Below are positions 12,063 to 24,203 of a DNA stretch of 64,000 bases, in pieces. Made by a program: the position numbers and the translations under genes. The notes under the pieces were generated by a model that did not search any database, had not been told where the DNA came from, and worked only from the letters and a program-made list of their open reading frames with translations. Origin of the DNA: Chrysomallon squamiferum (taxonomy: Eukaryota; Animalia; Mollusca); contig CM022678.1 of the NCBI GenBank assembly GCA_012295275.1, positions 14,880,001 through 14,944,000 on the forward strand. Direction: 5' to 3'. Position 1 is the stretch's first letter. Every line of letters begins with the position of its first letter.

Positions 12063-12660
12063 GTAAGTGAAGCTATTCATATATATTTGTTTTAACACTG
12101 CTGCTAATTTTCAAAATTCAACTATCATTCTTATACTGTTAGTCAAACTGCTTTATCAGTTGGTACGTACAGTAAATTGTTATATATAGTCCATGTTACT
12201 AATCTCAATATCTATAAATCCATGTAAATATATATAGCTTATGTAGCTTTGCAGACAGTCACTGTTCACAAGTTTGTTTATGAATAGTAAGAATCAATTT
12301 TGATCAAGATTAAAATAAATTAATAATATGAGCCTTGTTACCTAATAATATTAAAACTTGAACTAACACATCCTAAAGTGTAACATTTTTGTATGAAATA
12401 AGTTAAACAACAATGAAAATGTTTCATGTTATTTTCATTATTTTGTTGACTGAAGCAAATATGAAAAAGCAAACTGTTGTGGTGTACTACATAATGTATG
12501 AGTGTTTTGCATTTTGTTTGTTATTGTGAAGAGTTCTGCTTGATGTGTGCGATGTGGTATGTATGCTGTGCTGCACATTTCTAATCCTTTCTTGTCTCTA
12601 TCTTATGTGTGTGTGAGTGTTGTATCTTGTATCTGTGTGTGTATCTTGTATCTGTGTGTG

Positions 12661-12860
12661 NNNNNNNNNNNNNNNNNNNNNNNNNNNNNNNNNNNNNNNN
12701 NNNNNNNNNNNNNNNNNNNNNNNNNNNNNNNNNNNNNNNNNNNNNNNNNNNNNNNNNNNNNNNNNNNNNNNNNNNNNNNNNNNNNNNNNNNNNNNNNNNN
12801 NNNNNNNNNNNNNNNNNNNNNNNNNNNNNNNNNNNNNNNNNNNNNNNNNNNNNNNNNNNN
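12661..12860. other. Assembly gap (200 N)
   Basis: N run of the same length as the second gap, so probably a placeholder of unknown true size. Confidence 0.99.
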
Positions 12861-12950
12861 CTGAATGGAGCCACAGTAATACATTGACACGGTGTCAACG
12901 TGGTTACTTTAATGTCAATGATGAAACGGAGGGGCACATCTACCCAAATG
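12861..12950 (+). CDS. Possible internal coding exon truncated by the gap (EWSHSNTLTRCQRGYFNVNDETEGHIYPN)
   Basis: Open, compositionally normal frame ending at G|gtgaga. The acceptor would lie in the N run. Family not recognised. Confidence 0.3.
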
Positions 12951-12967
12951 GTGAGAGGCTCAGTAAT

Positions 12968-13038
<71 letters not shown>

Positions 13039-13104
13039 TGTGTGTCTGTGTGTGTGTCTGTGTGGCTGTGTGTGTGTGTGTCTGTGTGTGTGTGTGTGTG
13101 TGTG
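12968..13104. repeat. (TG)n microsatellite, interrupted
   Basis: Seen directly in the sequence. Confidence 0.97.
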
Positions 13105-14089
13105 CGCACCAGTGGATTGATGATAGCATTGTGGTCAAATGATAAACTGATTAAAAAAAAAAGTAAATAAAAGCTTCATTTAACTATATCTTCGAAATTT
13201 TCTTCTTTCTGTATTATTATTTATTATTATATATAATAGTACTTATTTTATATTCATCATCGCCATCATCATAATCATTATCATTTATCTTTTTTCCGTA
13301 CGAAGATACCTTTGAGATTTACATAATTTAATTTGTTTTAAATTAAAAAGGTAAATCTTCAAAAATTATATAATTTCATTTATTCTGATTGATTTTTCTT
13401 TTTGCACCATTCCAAGCATATTTTTGTATCTTCTTATTTGAATGTAATTCAATAGCATTCTTCATTAAATTCTGTACAATACGAGTAAGTGAAGTCAGTG
13501 ACTCAGATTTGCGTGAAAAATCTATTTATATAATTCAAGTGCAAATGAAGTGTGAAAAAAATAGAGAAAAATTAATTAATTTAAAATATGAAGATATTAT
13601 TTCTCATTGAAAGTACTGCGAATATTCATTGGGAATTATATATTTAAAAATAGAAAAACTCTATAAACAGATCTAATTAAAAAAAAGTTCCCCGTTAAAA
13701 ACTGATTACCTACTTTCAAATGAGTGAAATGACAGTGGAAACAACCGGTGTATCGTTATAAAAATAACCTGTATAAATGTATCCGCTAATACAGTGACAA
13801 TTTTCGTAACTAGTAAATATTGGGTTTGGTTGTTTTTGTTGTTTTTGTTGCTGCTGCTGTTGCTCCAAATAAAGTTAATTCTCAGTTTGTCCTACTTGGA
13901 GACGCCAATGTTACAATGTTTTATTATTTCTGTATCAGTTATTAGCTGTTATTCAAGTCCTTTGATCTGAAATCCCGTCTTGGAGGTTTTATTCCTAGGA
14001 CAATAATATTATAAGTCACTTATCTCACCCTCCTCGACCCATCATATATATAAACATGATAAAAAGTTAATTACATTTAAATATTAGTA

Positions 14090-15524
14090 TCAACTGTCTA
14101 GGTTCACTAGTCCTGGCTTCCAGGAGAAGTTATCCATTAGTAAAACTGCTACAGTCATTATTACATGATATCATAATCATATATTGAAGTTGAAGTAATA
14201 TAACAAAATCTTGTAAATATATTAATATAGTTCCACACACTGTGTATCAATAAACAATAGGTAATCATCATATCATTTAAGAAATTCATTCACTCCTAAC
14301 TGATATCAGTTCCACCCAATCTCATGTGTTAAAAGTAATCTTCAATCTGGAATTTTAACCCCACTGTTTATGTAATAGCAGATGTTCTGCTGGTTTCGTA
14401 AATACAATTAACTATAGCTGACATCAGATTAACACGTTTTAATCTCACTCTGCCTGCATTCTGTAAGGGTGACACGCTTCACTCGTCAGTGTCACTGAAG
14501 TGAACACTTTCTCAGCCTGGTTTAAATATGATGCAAGTTACATGTACTAATTTGGGGAAAATAAACTTTGCTGAAGTCCTCACTGTTTCATCAACTGCTG
14601 CCTGTCACCGTCTGACTGGTATTAATAGTTTGAAGTTGGCACGTCCCGTTTAAAGGGTAGCAGACTATAACAGCGTCAAGTGACAAGATGTTAATCCCTG
14701 TGTTTCTTTGTTTATAAAATAACGGAACTTCCGCTAATTACACTACAGCTTCTGAACAGCCCATGTACGTCTGCATACTCTCTGCTATTTAGTTTTTGTC
14801 TAATTACCCCAATATTCCGACGTTAATTAGTTAACCATTGAAGAACCGTAAAATATGAATTTATTAACATGATTATATATTAAATATGATGAAATATCAA
14901 TGTAATATATAATATAGCTATCATTCTGCTTTAAACGGGCATCCAAAGAAATAAAAATACAGTTTGAAAAATAAATAAATAAAAATAAACATTAGAATTT
15001 ATTTTTATTAAAATCTATTTTCTGTAAGCATATAATTTTCCCTTAATATATCTGCTATTATATTTTTAAAATGTAAACTTACTTTCTTCACGAAGTGTGA
15101 GAATTCCAAACAAGGAAACTGCAGCAATGAGTATCATGACCAGTATGAAAAGCTGATCTGGACTGCTTTCTACTATAAAAAACGAACAATTCCACTTTAA
15201 TTTAAAACACAAAGATTTGAAAGAAAAATATTCATATCATAAAATAAATGTTCTGGAGTAAGAAAAAATTATTCATTTAAAGTAAGTATATCTTTTTAAT
15301 GTCTTTTTTATTTGATTATTTATTTATTATTATTGTTATTATTGTTATTGTTATTATTATTATTATGATTATTATTATTATTTTATATATATATATATAT
15401 ATATATTTATATTTTTTTTTTTATTGTTTTTATTTAACAGTTTTGCTTTCTGTTATTATCACTGTTGAAACCTATGGAAAAATATACCTTCATATTGTTG
15501 TATTATCGAAAATAGCGAAGACAT
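14090..15524 (-). CDS. Microprotein locus B, 3 coding exons (15524-15488, 15169-15083, 14148-14090), 60 aa: MSSLFSIIQQYEESSPDQLFILVMILIAAVSLFGILTLREETVLLMDNFSWKPGLVNLDS*
   Basis: All junctions are GT-AG (G|gtatat, tag|AAAGC, A|gtaagt, ctgtag|CAGTT), phases 1-1, open frame from ATG to TGA, one hydrophobic helix. Confidence 0.65.
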
Positions 15525-15677
15525 GTTTGTCTGAAAAAAAAAAATAAACATCATCAAATCAAGTGCTAAAACAATAGAAGTATTAGCATCAGAAACACAG
15601 GGGTTATTTTTAACCGTCTTAAAGTGCAATGATATAACTACTTGAAAAATGCATATGAAACTGAAACATCACGTAAA

Positions 15678-15911
15678 CCGCAGTTTGCAGAGGAGCGGGG
15701 GAAAAATGGCGGTGGATTCGGGCATCCAACCAGAGAAAAGAACTTATTAAATTTGATTTAAATTAAATCGAATAAATTGTTTATTTTTATGTGTTTACAT
15801 ATTCAAAATATCTTCCTTTCTCATAATATTTCTACGACTTATACTTGAGTCTTTGGGGCCTACAATCAAGGAGTTGGGCTCTGGCATCCAAATGACCTCT
15901 ATAGACCACTG
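15678..15911. mobile_element. About 230-bp MITE with CAGTGGCGTGCAGA-type termini (other copies 21217-21438, 49581-49802, left-truncated about 10330-10482)
   Basis: The right end at 10469-10482 (TCTGCACGCCACTG) is the reverse complement of the degenerate left ends (CCGCGGTGTGCAGA). All copies share the interior ACAT(A)TTCAAAATATCTT...TTTGGGGC.TACAATCAA. Confidence 0.5.
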
Positions 15912-17499
15912 CACGTGAAACCATAACGTAAAAGACAATAACAAATGGAAAAAAAGAAAAAGAAAACAAGATTAATTACGTTCAATGAGGAAAAAATTAG
16001 CAGATCCTCTGTTCTTTAAACTCAGGAAAACCCGAACGTAAGTGGAAAAACACTGATAAATGCCCGGTGAAGTAGATGAAAATACGTAAACGAACGTCGC
16101 TAAAGGATCTCCACTAGACTGGTATTTGCGTATCCGCTTCGATTGGTAGGACATGCGCAGTTGGCAAAAAGATTGTAGGAAAATGAATGTCGCCCGCGGG
16201 ACTGATACTGTTTATAAATAAAAATAAAAATAAAAATAAAAATAAAAATAAAAATAAAAATAAAAATAAAAATAAAAATATAAATATAAATAAATAAATA
16301 AATAAATAATAGTTCATTTATTTATTTTATTGTTACATATTCTTATTAGTTAAAGTGATTATTGGAGTCGTTCATTAAGTTACTTACTGCTACGTCCTAG
16401 TAATCTTTCACAGAATATTTCAAACAAAGAACCGTCACTCTATTCAAAGTACAGTCGACTGTGGTCATGAAAAACTGCACAGTTATTTTCTGATTTATTT
16501 TTGTTTCCTTTCTCTTTAATGAAGATTCTTTTTCATTGCAAAACAGCGTTATTAATATTATATTTCTTTGGTGTTTTTTTTTTTTTTTTGCCGCCATTAA
16601 CAGGGTCATTATGGTGTACAGATCTGAGGAAAAGAAACATTATCCAAAACAGTGTTCCGTGTCCTGTTTTATCCAGTTAATTTTACACTGCTGCTCTATT
16701 CACTTTGAAAATGATGACATCCTTTTCTGAAGTCCTTCATCTGCTGCCAAATAATATATTTTTAAAACAATGGAGATACTTGAATAATATTATAAACAGA
16801 TCTGTTTCTTCCTCTCTGAGTTTAATATTTTTGGTTAATTGATAAACACTGGTGGAAAATACAAATAAAGTTTTAATTTTGAGTATAAAATCTGTGACAC
16901 AGAAGAAGAAACTGGTAATAATTCCGTATTGCGACCGATATAAAAGACACATCACTTCACAGGATACACATTAGTATTTTTTGTTTTTGTTTGTTTGTTT
17001 CTTACACACCAGATATAAGAAACACTATCTATAATACTAGCACAGTATTATAACAAATAACATTTTTAAATTTTGTTTCTTCACTGAACTGTCTAGTTCC
17101 AGTTTTCTAGTTGATTTTTAAGTTAATCTATAAGGAGAATAATGTTGTGGGTGTTGCCCCTAACTACAAGTAAACATTGCCAGTGTTTTTCTATTATGTA
17201 TGACATGTCATACAACATACCGCTAGCCTTGTTTGTACATGCTCTTTATAATGGGGGAGTATTATATTCAAGCAAAACAAGAAACATTATAAAACGCACA
17301 AACATGGACGACCTGGTATTGAATAAACTGTGATTAAAACCTGACACTGTCATCGTGGCGAAATTAGTATATTCAAAGTTAAACAATTATAATAAAACAC
17401 TCAAAAATAAATAAATAAATAAATAAATAAAAGTATATCAGTAAATAAGTATATAAATAATCAAGCTAGGGATGAACAGGGTGTGTCTTCCCGTCTGGT

Positions 17500-17890
17500 A
17501 GAATTCCCAGGGGGGAGTAAGCCGACAGGGTACATGGAGATGTTCATAAAGAGGTTCAGAAATAATGATAATAATGCAGCCATATGCATCGTGCATGAAT
17601 AAATTCACATGCAAATCATTCCTGTATAAGGATAAAGTATAGGTCTACGAGACGGATGAATAGCCAGTCGGACACACGTCACAGTAAAGTGATCTGCCCG
17701 AGCCGACACACCACACGCGATCACGTCATATCCGGAGTGATCAGATACGTGAAGGGATTACGTCCCTGCTAAACCTGTCTGTTAACAAGTCACATGTTTT
17801 GTAGTTGCCCACGCTTTACTAATCTGACTTTCAACTTATTTTACGTTTAGCAGGGCAAACAATACGGCTCAAATAATAAGAAAACATAAC
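17500..17890. repeat. CpG-rich module of about 390 bp in four copies (also about 24310-24700, 45870-46255, 52705-53090) containing ATGCAAAT and a 92-nt hairpin
   Basis: Octamer at 17609, 24420, 45979 and 52814. CCCTGCTAAAC...GTTTAGCAGGG at 17764-17855, 24575-24665, 46134-46224 and 52969-53060. Confidence 0.85.
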
Positions 17891-18174
17891 ATATTTTTTA
17901 TTATTAATTTTTTTTTTTTTTTTTTATTAAAAGAAAGAAAGTTAGAAAATAAACATCTTTTATATATATATTTTTTAACAAGTATTTTAAGGCAAATGTC
18001 GGGGAAAATTAAACTGAGAAGCATTATTCAGTACAAGGTTTTAATCTGTGTTTATTTATGCTTGGGCGTTTTAACAAACTTCACACAGATTAGTAAAAAT
18101 AAAATTCTACTGTACATTTTTCTTTACATATACTGCCATACTAGTCTTTTTGCTATCTATTATTATTTATTATA

Positions 18175-18227
<53 letters not shown>

Positions 18228-20457
18228 GAACAGTGCAGAAAACAAAATCGAACTCAGCAGATAAGGTCAGCTGCCACCCCCAAAAAGAAATAAAAATTAC
18301 ATTAATTATATAGCTTTGTATTTTACCGTTCTTTATATTAAGTTCACTAGTACTTAGAAGAATTCCTTTGCCCAGTGAAAGGAAAATAATATCAGACTGG
18401 CCATAATGGACTTAACAGTATAAAAAAGTAGTAAAACAGAACGATTATAGTTGAAGTGGTTGTAGAACTAATGTAGTAGCAGTAGAAAACAGTAATATTA
18501 GTAGTAGTTGTAGTAGTTGTAGAAATAGTAAGGAAACAAAAAATATATTATATATTTTTTTTCAGGAAACATTTCTTTTTTTTACCACTTCTCTTTAATG
18601 AAGATTCTGTTTTTAACATGCAACACATGCAAAACAGTATTAATATAATTTTTCTTCTAGTTTTTTTTTTTTTTTTTTTTTTTTTACGCCATTAGCAGGG
18701 TCATTATGATGTGCAGATCTGAGGAAAAGAAACATTTTACCCTGTAATGTTCAGTGAATTGTACACTGCGAATCATTTCACATTGAAAATGACTATAATA
18801 TATTCTGAACTGTCTGGTTCAGAAGGGTTAGTGATCATTGATTTTGTGTATATATACCAGTTTTCCTGTGGCGTATCCAGCTTTTCTGATAGGGTGGTGT
18901 CCCTGAAAAAATGGGCACTATAACATTATGAAAAGTCACTATTGAAAAATTACACAGAGGTCAACAATGTAATAGTGCTACATGTCTCTAGATCCGCCCC
19001 AGCTTTTTGTTCATGTTTATCTGGTGTATAGTTGTCTGGCCAAATAATGAATACTGAGGTTGTTTCCCTAACTACAAATACAATTCCCAATATCTCTGAG
19101 ATATCATGCAATAAATCAAGGGACATGTACTTACTGTAGTTTCATACTTATTATATTAAACAAGAAATATAATAAAACGCCCAAGCATAAATAAACACAG
19201 ATTAAAACCGTATATTGCATAATGCGTCTCTGTTTAATTTTCCTCAACGTTTCCCTTAAAATACTTGTTGAAAATTAAAAAATATAGAAGATGTTTATTT
19301 TCTAACTTTCTTTCTTTTCGTTTCTTTTCTTTTAATAAAATAAAAATTTTTTTTTTTTTTTTTTATCTTTTCCTATTATTTGAGCCGTATCGTTTGCAAG
19401 TCAGATTACTTTTATGGGAGAAGATGTAAAATTTACTCATACGTTGATGGAAAGTGGGTTGAGAGAGGGTTGTCGTGATCAAATAAAAGAAATTATTACC
19501 ACTGCTATTAATTTTATATAAAAACTATCTGTCACACGCGGGTAATAAAGCATAGACTGTTTATCATTGATAGGCACAAATAAACACGCTAAATCTTGCA
19601 GGAATTTGAAATAATATATCATTTGTTTCAGCTTTAATCTGTTATATAACCTTTCGAAGACACATGAGACATACACACTTCCTGAAGGACTCACATACAT
19701 ACATATATACATTACAGCAATGTGTACATGCATGCATGGACATATACGTACATATACACGTATGTGCATACATTCATGCATACATACATACTTATGCGCA
19801 CACAGATATGTAGCAACAATATATTTATGTAATCTTTCTCTGCGAAGTGTCCAATGAGGGGTACATAAGACAAAGAATATTCATTATTAAATACATATCT
19901 GTGCCAGGTTTCCCACAAAAATAAATGCATATATGACAAAAAACAAAAAGAAAGGTCTGCATCCTAATAAGTTATGATTATGCTCGATTAAATTTGTTTT
20001 CTAGCTCGTCTTGGTGGCAGAGTAGCATGGCGCCCGTACATGTCGTGCAGGCGAAGAGTACCATAATCCAAGTTTCAGGTTGCTAGTACAGAGACTTGTG
20101 CCAATAGCTGGCGCTAAGCTCATCTTGGATTATAATACCTTATATTAAAATTCATATTATGGCACAGAACTATAGGGAAGCCCAGTAAATGTATCCCTGA
20201 TTCTGATGTTCACCTATTGTCCTTGGGACACTTCAGTTGCTAGACAGCGAGCTCGCATTAGAAACAAATACAGTCTGATCCACTGAATATTATTTTCCTT
20301 TCACTGGGCAGTGAAAGTTTTCTAAGTATTGGTGAACTTAAACATTTTATTTTAATTATATAATTATTTTATTGTAAAATTTCTTTCTTTAGATCTTTTT
20401 CTTTGAGGGGGGGGCAACTGACCTTATCTGCTGAGTTCGATTTTTTTCTGCACTGTA

Positions 20458-20516
<59 letters not shown>

Positions 20517-21973
20517 GCAACAGCACTGGTCTGGCAGCATATGTAAAGAAAAATGTAAAAAAATGTAGTCTAGTCAGGCTGAAGTTTGTTAGATTAGGGT
20601 GGTTTTGGGTACATTTGTAAAATGTACTCTTATCTTAAAGGAAATTGGTTTGAGAGAGGGTTGCCATGATCATATAGCAGGGACACAGAATAACTTAAGA
20701 AGTAAGGTTTCAACATAAAATAGTAATTATAATGTAGAGATTTGGCCAAATCATCTTTCTTCTTTGCTAGATATTCTCTCTTCTCTCTTGAGATCTCTTT
20801 CACCGCAGTCACACAAATAACATTTCACATCCCTGACCAATACTGGCAGACCATTACTGTCATGGGTACCTTAAGAAAGCACCAGTGACAGTATTTTACA
20901 TATATTAATTCCTAAGGGACCTGGAGGAATTTCCAAAGTATTTTACATGTAAACAAGGATAAATCTTTACGTTAAGCTTTGTGCTTTTAGTTCAGTATAT
21001 AATAACAAATATATAATAAAAAAATAGAAACTAATGATACTAAATATTTGACAAAAATACAGATTTTAAATTTGTCAAATATCAGAATATAGAGCAATAA
21101 TCTCTGGAACAGTAATTGCGTACAGAGCTATTTGTAGGTCATGGACTGTAAGGATAAGAGGACCATTTTCGCGAACCCTACAGCCCAGTAGGCCCCATGT
21201 ATGCTCAGTTAGGGAACCGCGGTGTGCAGAGGGGCGGGGCGAAATGGCGGTGGCCGCGGGCATCCAACCAGAGAAAAGAACTTAATAAATTTGATTTATA
21301 TTAAATCGAATAAATTGTTTATTTTTATGTATTTACATATTCAAAATATCTTTCTTTCTCATAATATTTCTCAATACTAGGACTTATACTTGAGTCTTTG
21401 GGGCCTACAATCAAGGATTTGTCCTCGGAAGGTCACTGCAAGTGAAAACATAACGTAAAATAGAATAACAAATGGGAAAAAAAAAAGAAAAACAAGATTA
21501 ATTACGTTCAATGCGGAAAAAATTGGCAGATCCTCTGTTCTTTAAACTCAGGAAAACCCGAACGTAAGTGGAAGGCACTGATAAATATCCAGATGAAAAT
21601 GAATTGAGACTAATGACTCATGTCCATTTCAGACAATGTAGGGCATGCACATTTGGGCGCAGTTGGCAAAAAGACGGTAAATAAATAAATAAATAAATAC
21701 TTCATTTATTTATTTTATTGTTACATATTCTTATTAGTTAAAGTGATTATTGGAGTCATTAAGTTACTTACTGTTACGTCGTAGTAATCTTCGACAGATA
21801 GTCTTTTTAACACAGTCTGGTGTATGAATATTTCAAAGAACCGTCACTCTATCTAAAGTACAGTCCACTGCGGTCATGAAAAACTGGAGTTATTTTCTGA
21901 TTTATTTTTGTTTCCTTTCTCTTTAATGAAGATTCTTTTTTATTGCAAAACAGCGTTATTAATATTATATTTC

Positions 21974-22004
<31 letters not shown>

Positions 22005-23543
22005 GACGCCATTAACAGGGTCATTATGGTGTACAGATCTGAGGAAAAGAAACATTATCCAAAACAGTGTTCCGTGTCCTGTTTTATCCAGTTAATTGTA
22101 CACTGCGGCTCTTTTCACTTTGGAAATGATGACATCCTTTTCTGAAGTCCTTCATCTGCTGCCAAATAATATATTTTTAAAACAATGGAGATACTTAAAT
22201 AATATTATAAACAGAACTGTTTGTCCATTTCTTCCTCTTTGAGGTTTAATTGATAAACACTGGTGGAAAATACAAATAAAGTTTTAATTTTGAGCATAAA
22301 ATCTGTGACAGCCTGATTCTTCGTTGGTTGTTTCTTTCTTTTTCCTCATAGAGTTGTTTGTTTGTGTTTTCTTAAGAGATTTATTCTTTGTTCTTTTTGT
22401 TGAATGTTCATTTTTCTTTGTTTTTCTTTTTCTTTCTGGTATATCTCTTCAATCTTCTGACTAAGAGTGTAAGAAATGTTTTTTGTCTAAACAATTATCC
22501 ATTTTTGCGAAACTGAAGAAGAAATTGGTAATAATTCCGAATTGCAACCGATATAAATGACTCATCATTTCACAGGATACACATTAGTATTTTTTGTTTT
22601 TGTTTGTTTGTTCCTTACATACCTGATATGAGAAACACTATCTATAATACTACCACAGTATTATAACAAATAACATTTTTAAATCTTGTTTCTTCATTGA
22701 ACTGTCTTGTTCCAGTTTTTTAATTGATTTTTATGTGGGGGATAAGTGTAATCTATAAGGAGAATAGTATTGTTTTTGTTTTCGTTGCCAGTGGTGTTCT
22801 ATTACGTATGACGTGTCAATTAACATTCCACTAGCCTTGTTTGTACATGTTCAAAATACTGGCCGGAGTATTATATTCAAGTAAAACAAGAAACATTATA
22901 AAACGCCCAAACATGGACGATCCCCTGGTATTAAATAAACTGTGATTGAAACCTGACACTGTGATCGTACCGCAATACCTGATTAACTCTGTATATAATG
23001 AACTTGGTCTGGTTTCTTTCTAACATTCAGAGGCGGAGCGCATTGTTCCTAAATTAGTTATGTAACATCAACCTAAAGCAGAATAAGCGTTACTTTTTCA
23101 TTATTTCATCATCTTCCTCTTCCTCATTATCATCATCATAATCATCATTATAAACATTATTATTATTTTAATATTATTACTATTATTACTTTTATTATTA
23201 TTATTATTGTTATTATTATTATTATTTGTATTCTTCTTCTTCTTCTTCTTCTTATTATTATTATTATTTAAACCATATTCAGCTTAAACATGTTCAAGAT
23301 ATATGTTTCGGAGTATATTTACGTTATGCACACATACATGTTCACATTGTGCACATTTATGTGATATAGTATATTAATAGTATTGTACACTAAAGATATT
23401 ATGACCTGCAGATACTTTGGCTATGACTGGAAAAGTTTATATGAAGGACCAAATCATTGGGAATACTTTTAGATGAATACCTTCTTTTTTAATTATTTAC
23501 ATTCACTACATTCGATATATAAATTATTTCGATATCCATACTA

Positions 23544-24203
23544 CAATAATACCTCAGATTACAGATGTAATTGGTTCCAAATATCCGATAGTTAAGTGAG
23601 GTATCGTTAAGCAGGAGACTAATTTACATAGAATTAAGGTTAAAAGCAGTGGTTACTTTCTCGCTGATGAAATTTGACATAAAAAAGGTGAAAGAGGGAG
23701 AAATAAAACAGCAGTTTAGACATAAATCATTTAATAGATTGTAGATATTAAGTAAACTCTAAATCATTTACAAATCAATTTATTCAAATACATTAATAAA
23801 TAATCATTGTGGGTTCATTTTTGTGGGTTTGGTTTCATTTAAAATAATGTATTTTGTTTCTAAAGATATTGTCTTCCGTTTCTTTTCATCATCAGCATTT
23901 GCCGGTATACTGTTGATCGTTTTGACATATTGGAAGGGTAAATTACAAACGAGTTTAAGTCTAAATCGAAGCAGAAGACAAAAGAGAATCAGAATATCAG
24001 ATGCACGTATGACGTGTCAGCTGATCAACACAGCTGAGAGAAGCTCGTGAAAGAACGAAAAACGAACGAAAACGGACTTAAAAACATGGGTTTGTATCCA
24101 TTTGTATCATTTATTTCGAGCAATTAACTATTAAATTTCTATTTATATAATTTGTAAAGAATAAATATCGTTAAAGCGGGATATCGTTAAGCGAGATATT
24201 AAT
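23544..24203. mobile_element. Second copy of the Tigger/pogo-like MITE (third, truncated copy at about 52237-52703)
   Basis: Shares GTTAAGTGAGGTATCGTTAAGC.GGAGACTAATTTACATAGAATTAAGG and GTCAGCTGATCAACACAGCTGAG with 27542-28038. Confidence 0.55.

Noticed and set aside
12547-13170. ORFs spanning the N gap and (TG)n tract
   Set aside because: Open only because of Ns and dinucleotide repeats.
16611-16730. Plus-strand ORF MVYRSEEKKHYPKQCSVSCFIQLILHCCSIHFENDDILF resembling THAP motifs (CxVxxC, CSxHF)
   Set aside because: Spacing is far too short, the conserved Trp/Pro core is absent, and the motif is not kept in paralogous copies (CGSFHF, CESFHI).
16710-16731. ATGATGA...CTGA as a C/D-box snoRNA
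   Set aside because: Boxes are only about 9 nt apart and there is no terminal stem.
19067-19090. ACTACAAATACAATTCCCA as a ZNF143/Ronin promoter motif
   Set aside because: Spacing differs from ACTACAnnTCCCA and related copies (17162, 38346, 39157) do not preserve it.
21231-21250. GC-box plus YY1-like AAATGGCGG promoter
   Set aside because: Better explained as the GC-rich left end of the 230-bp MITE (also at about 15695 and 49595).
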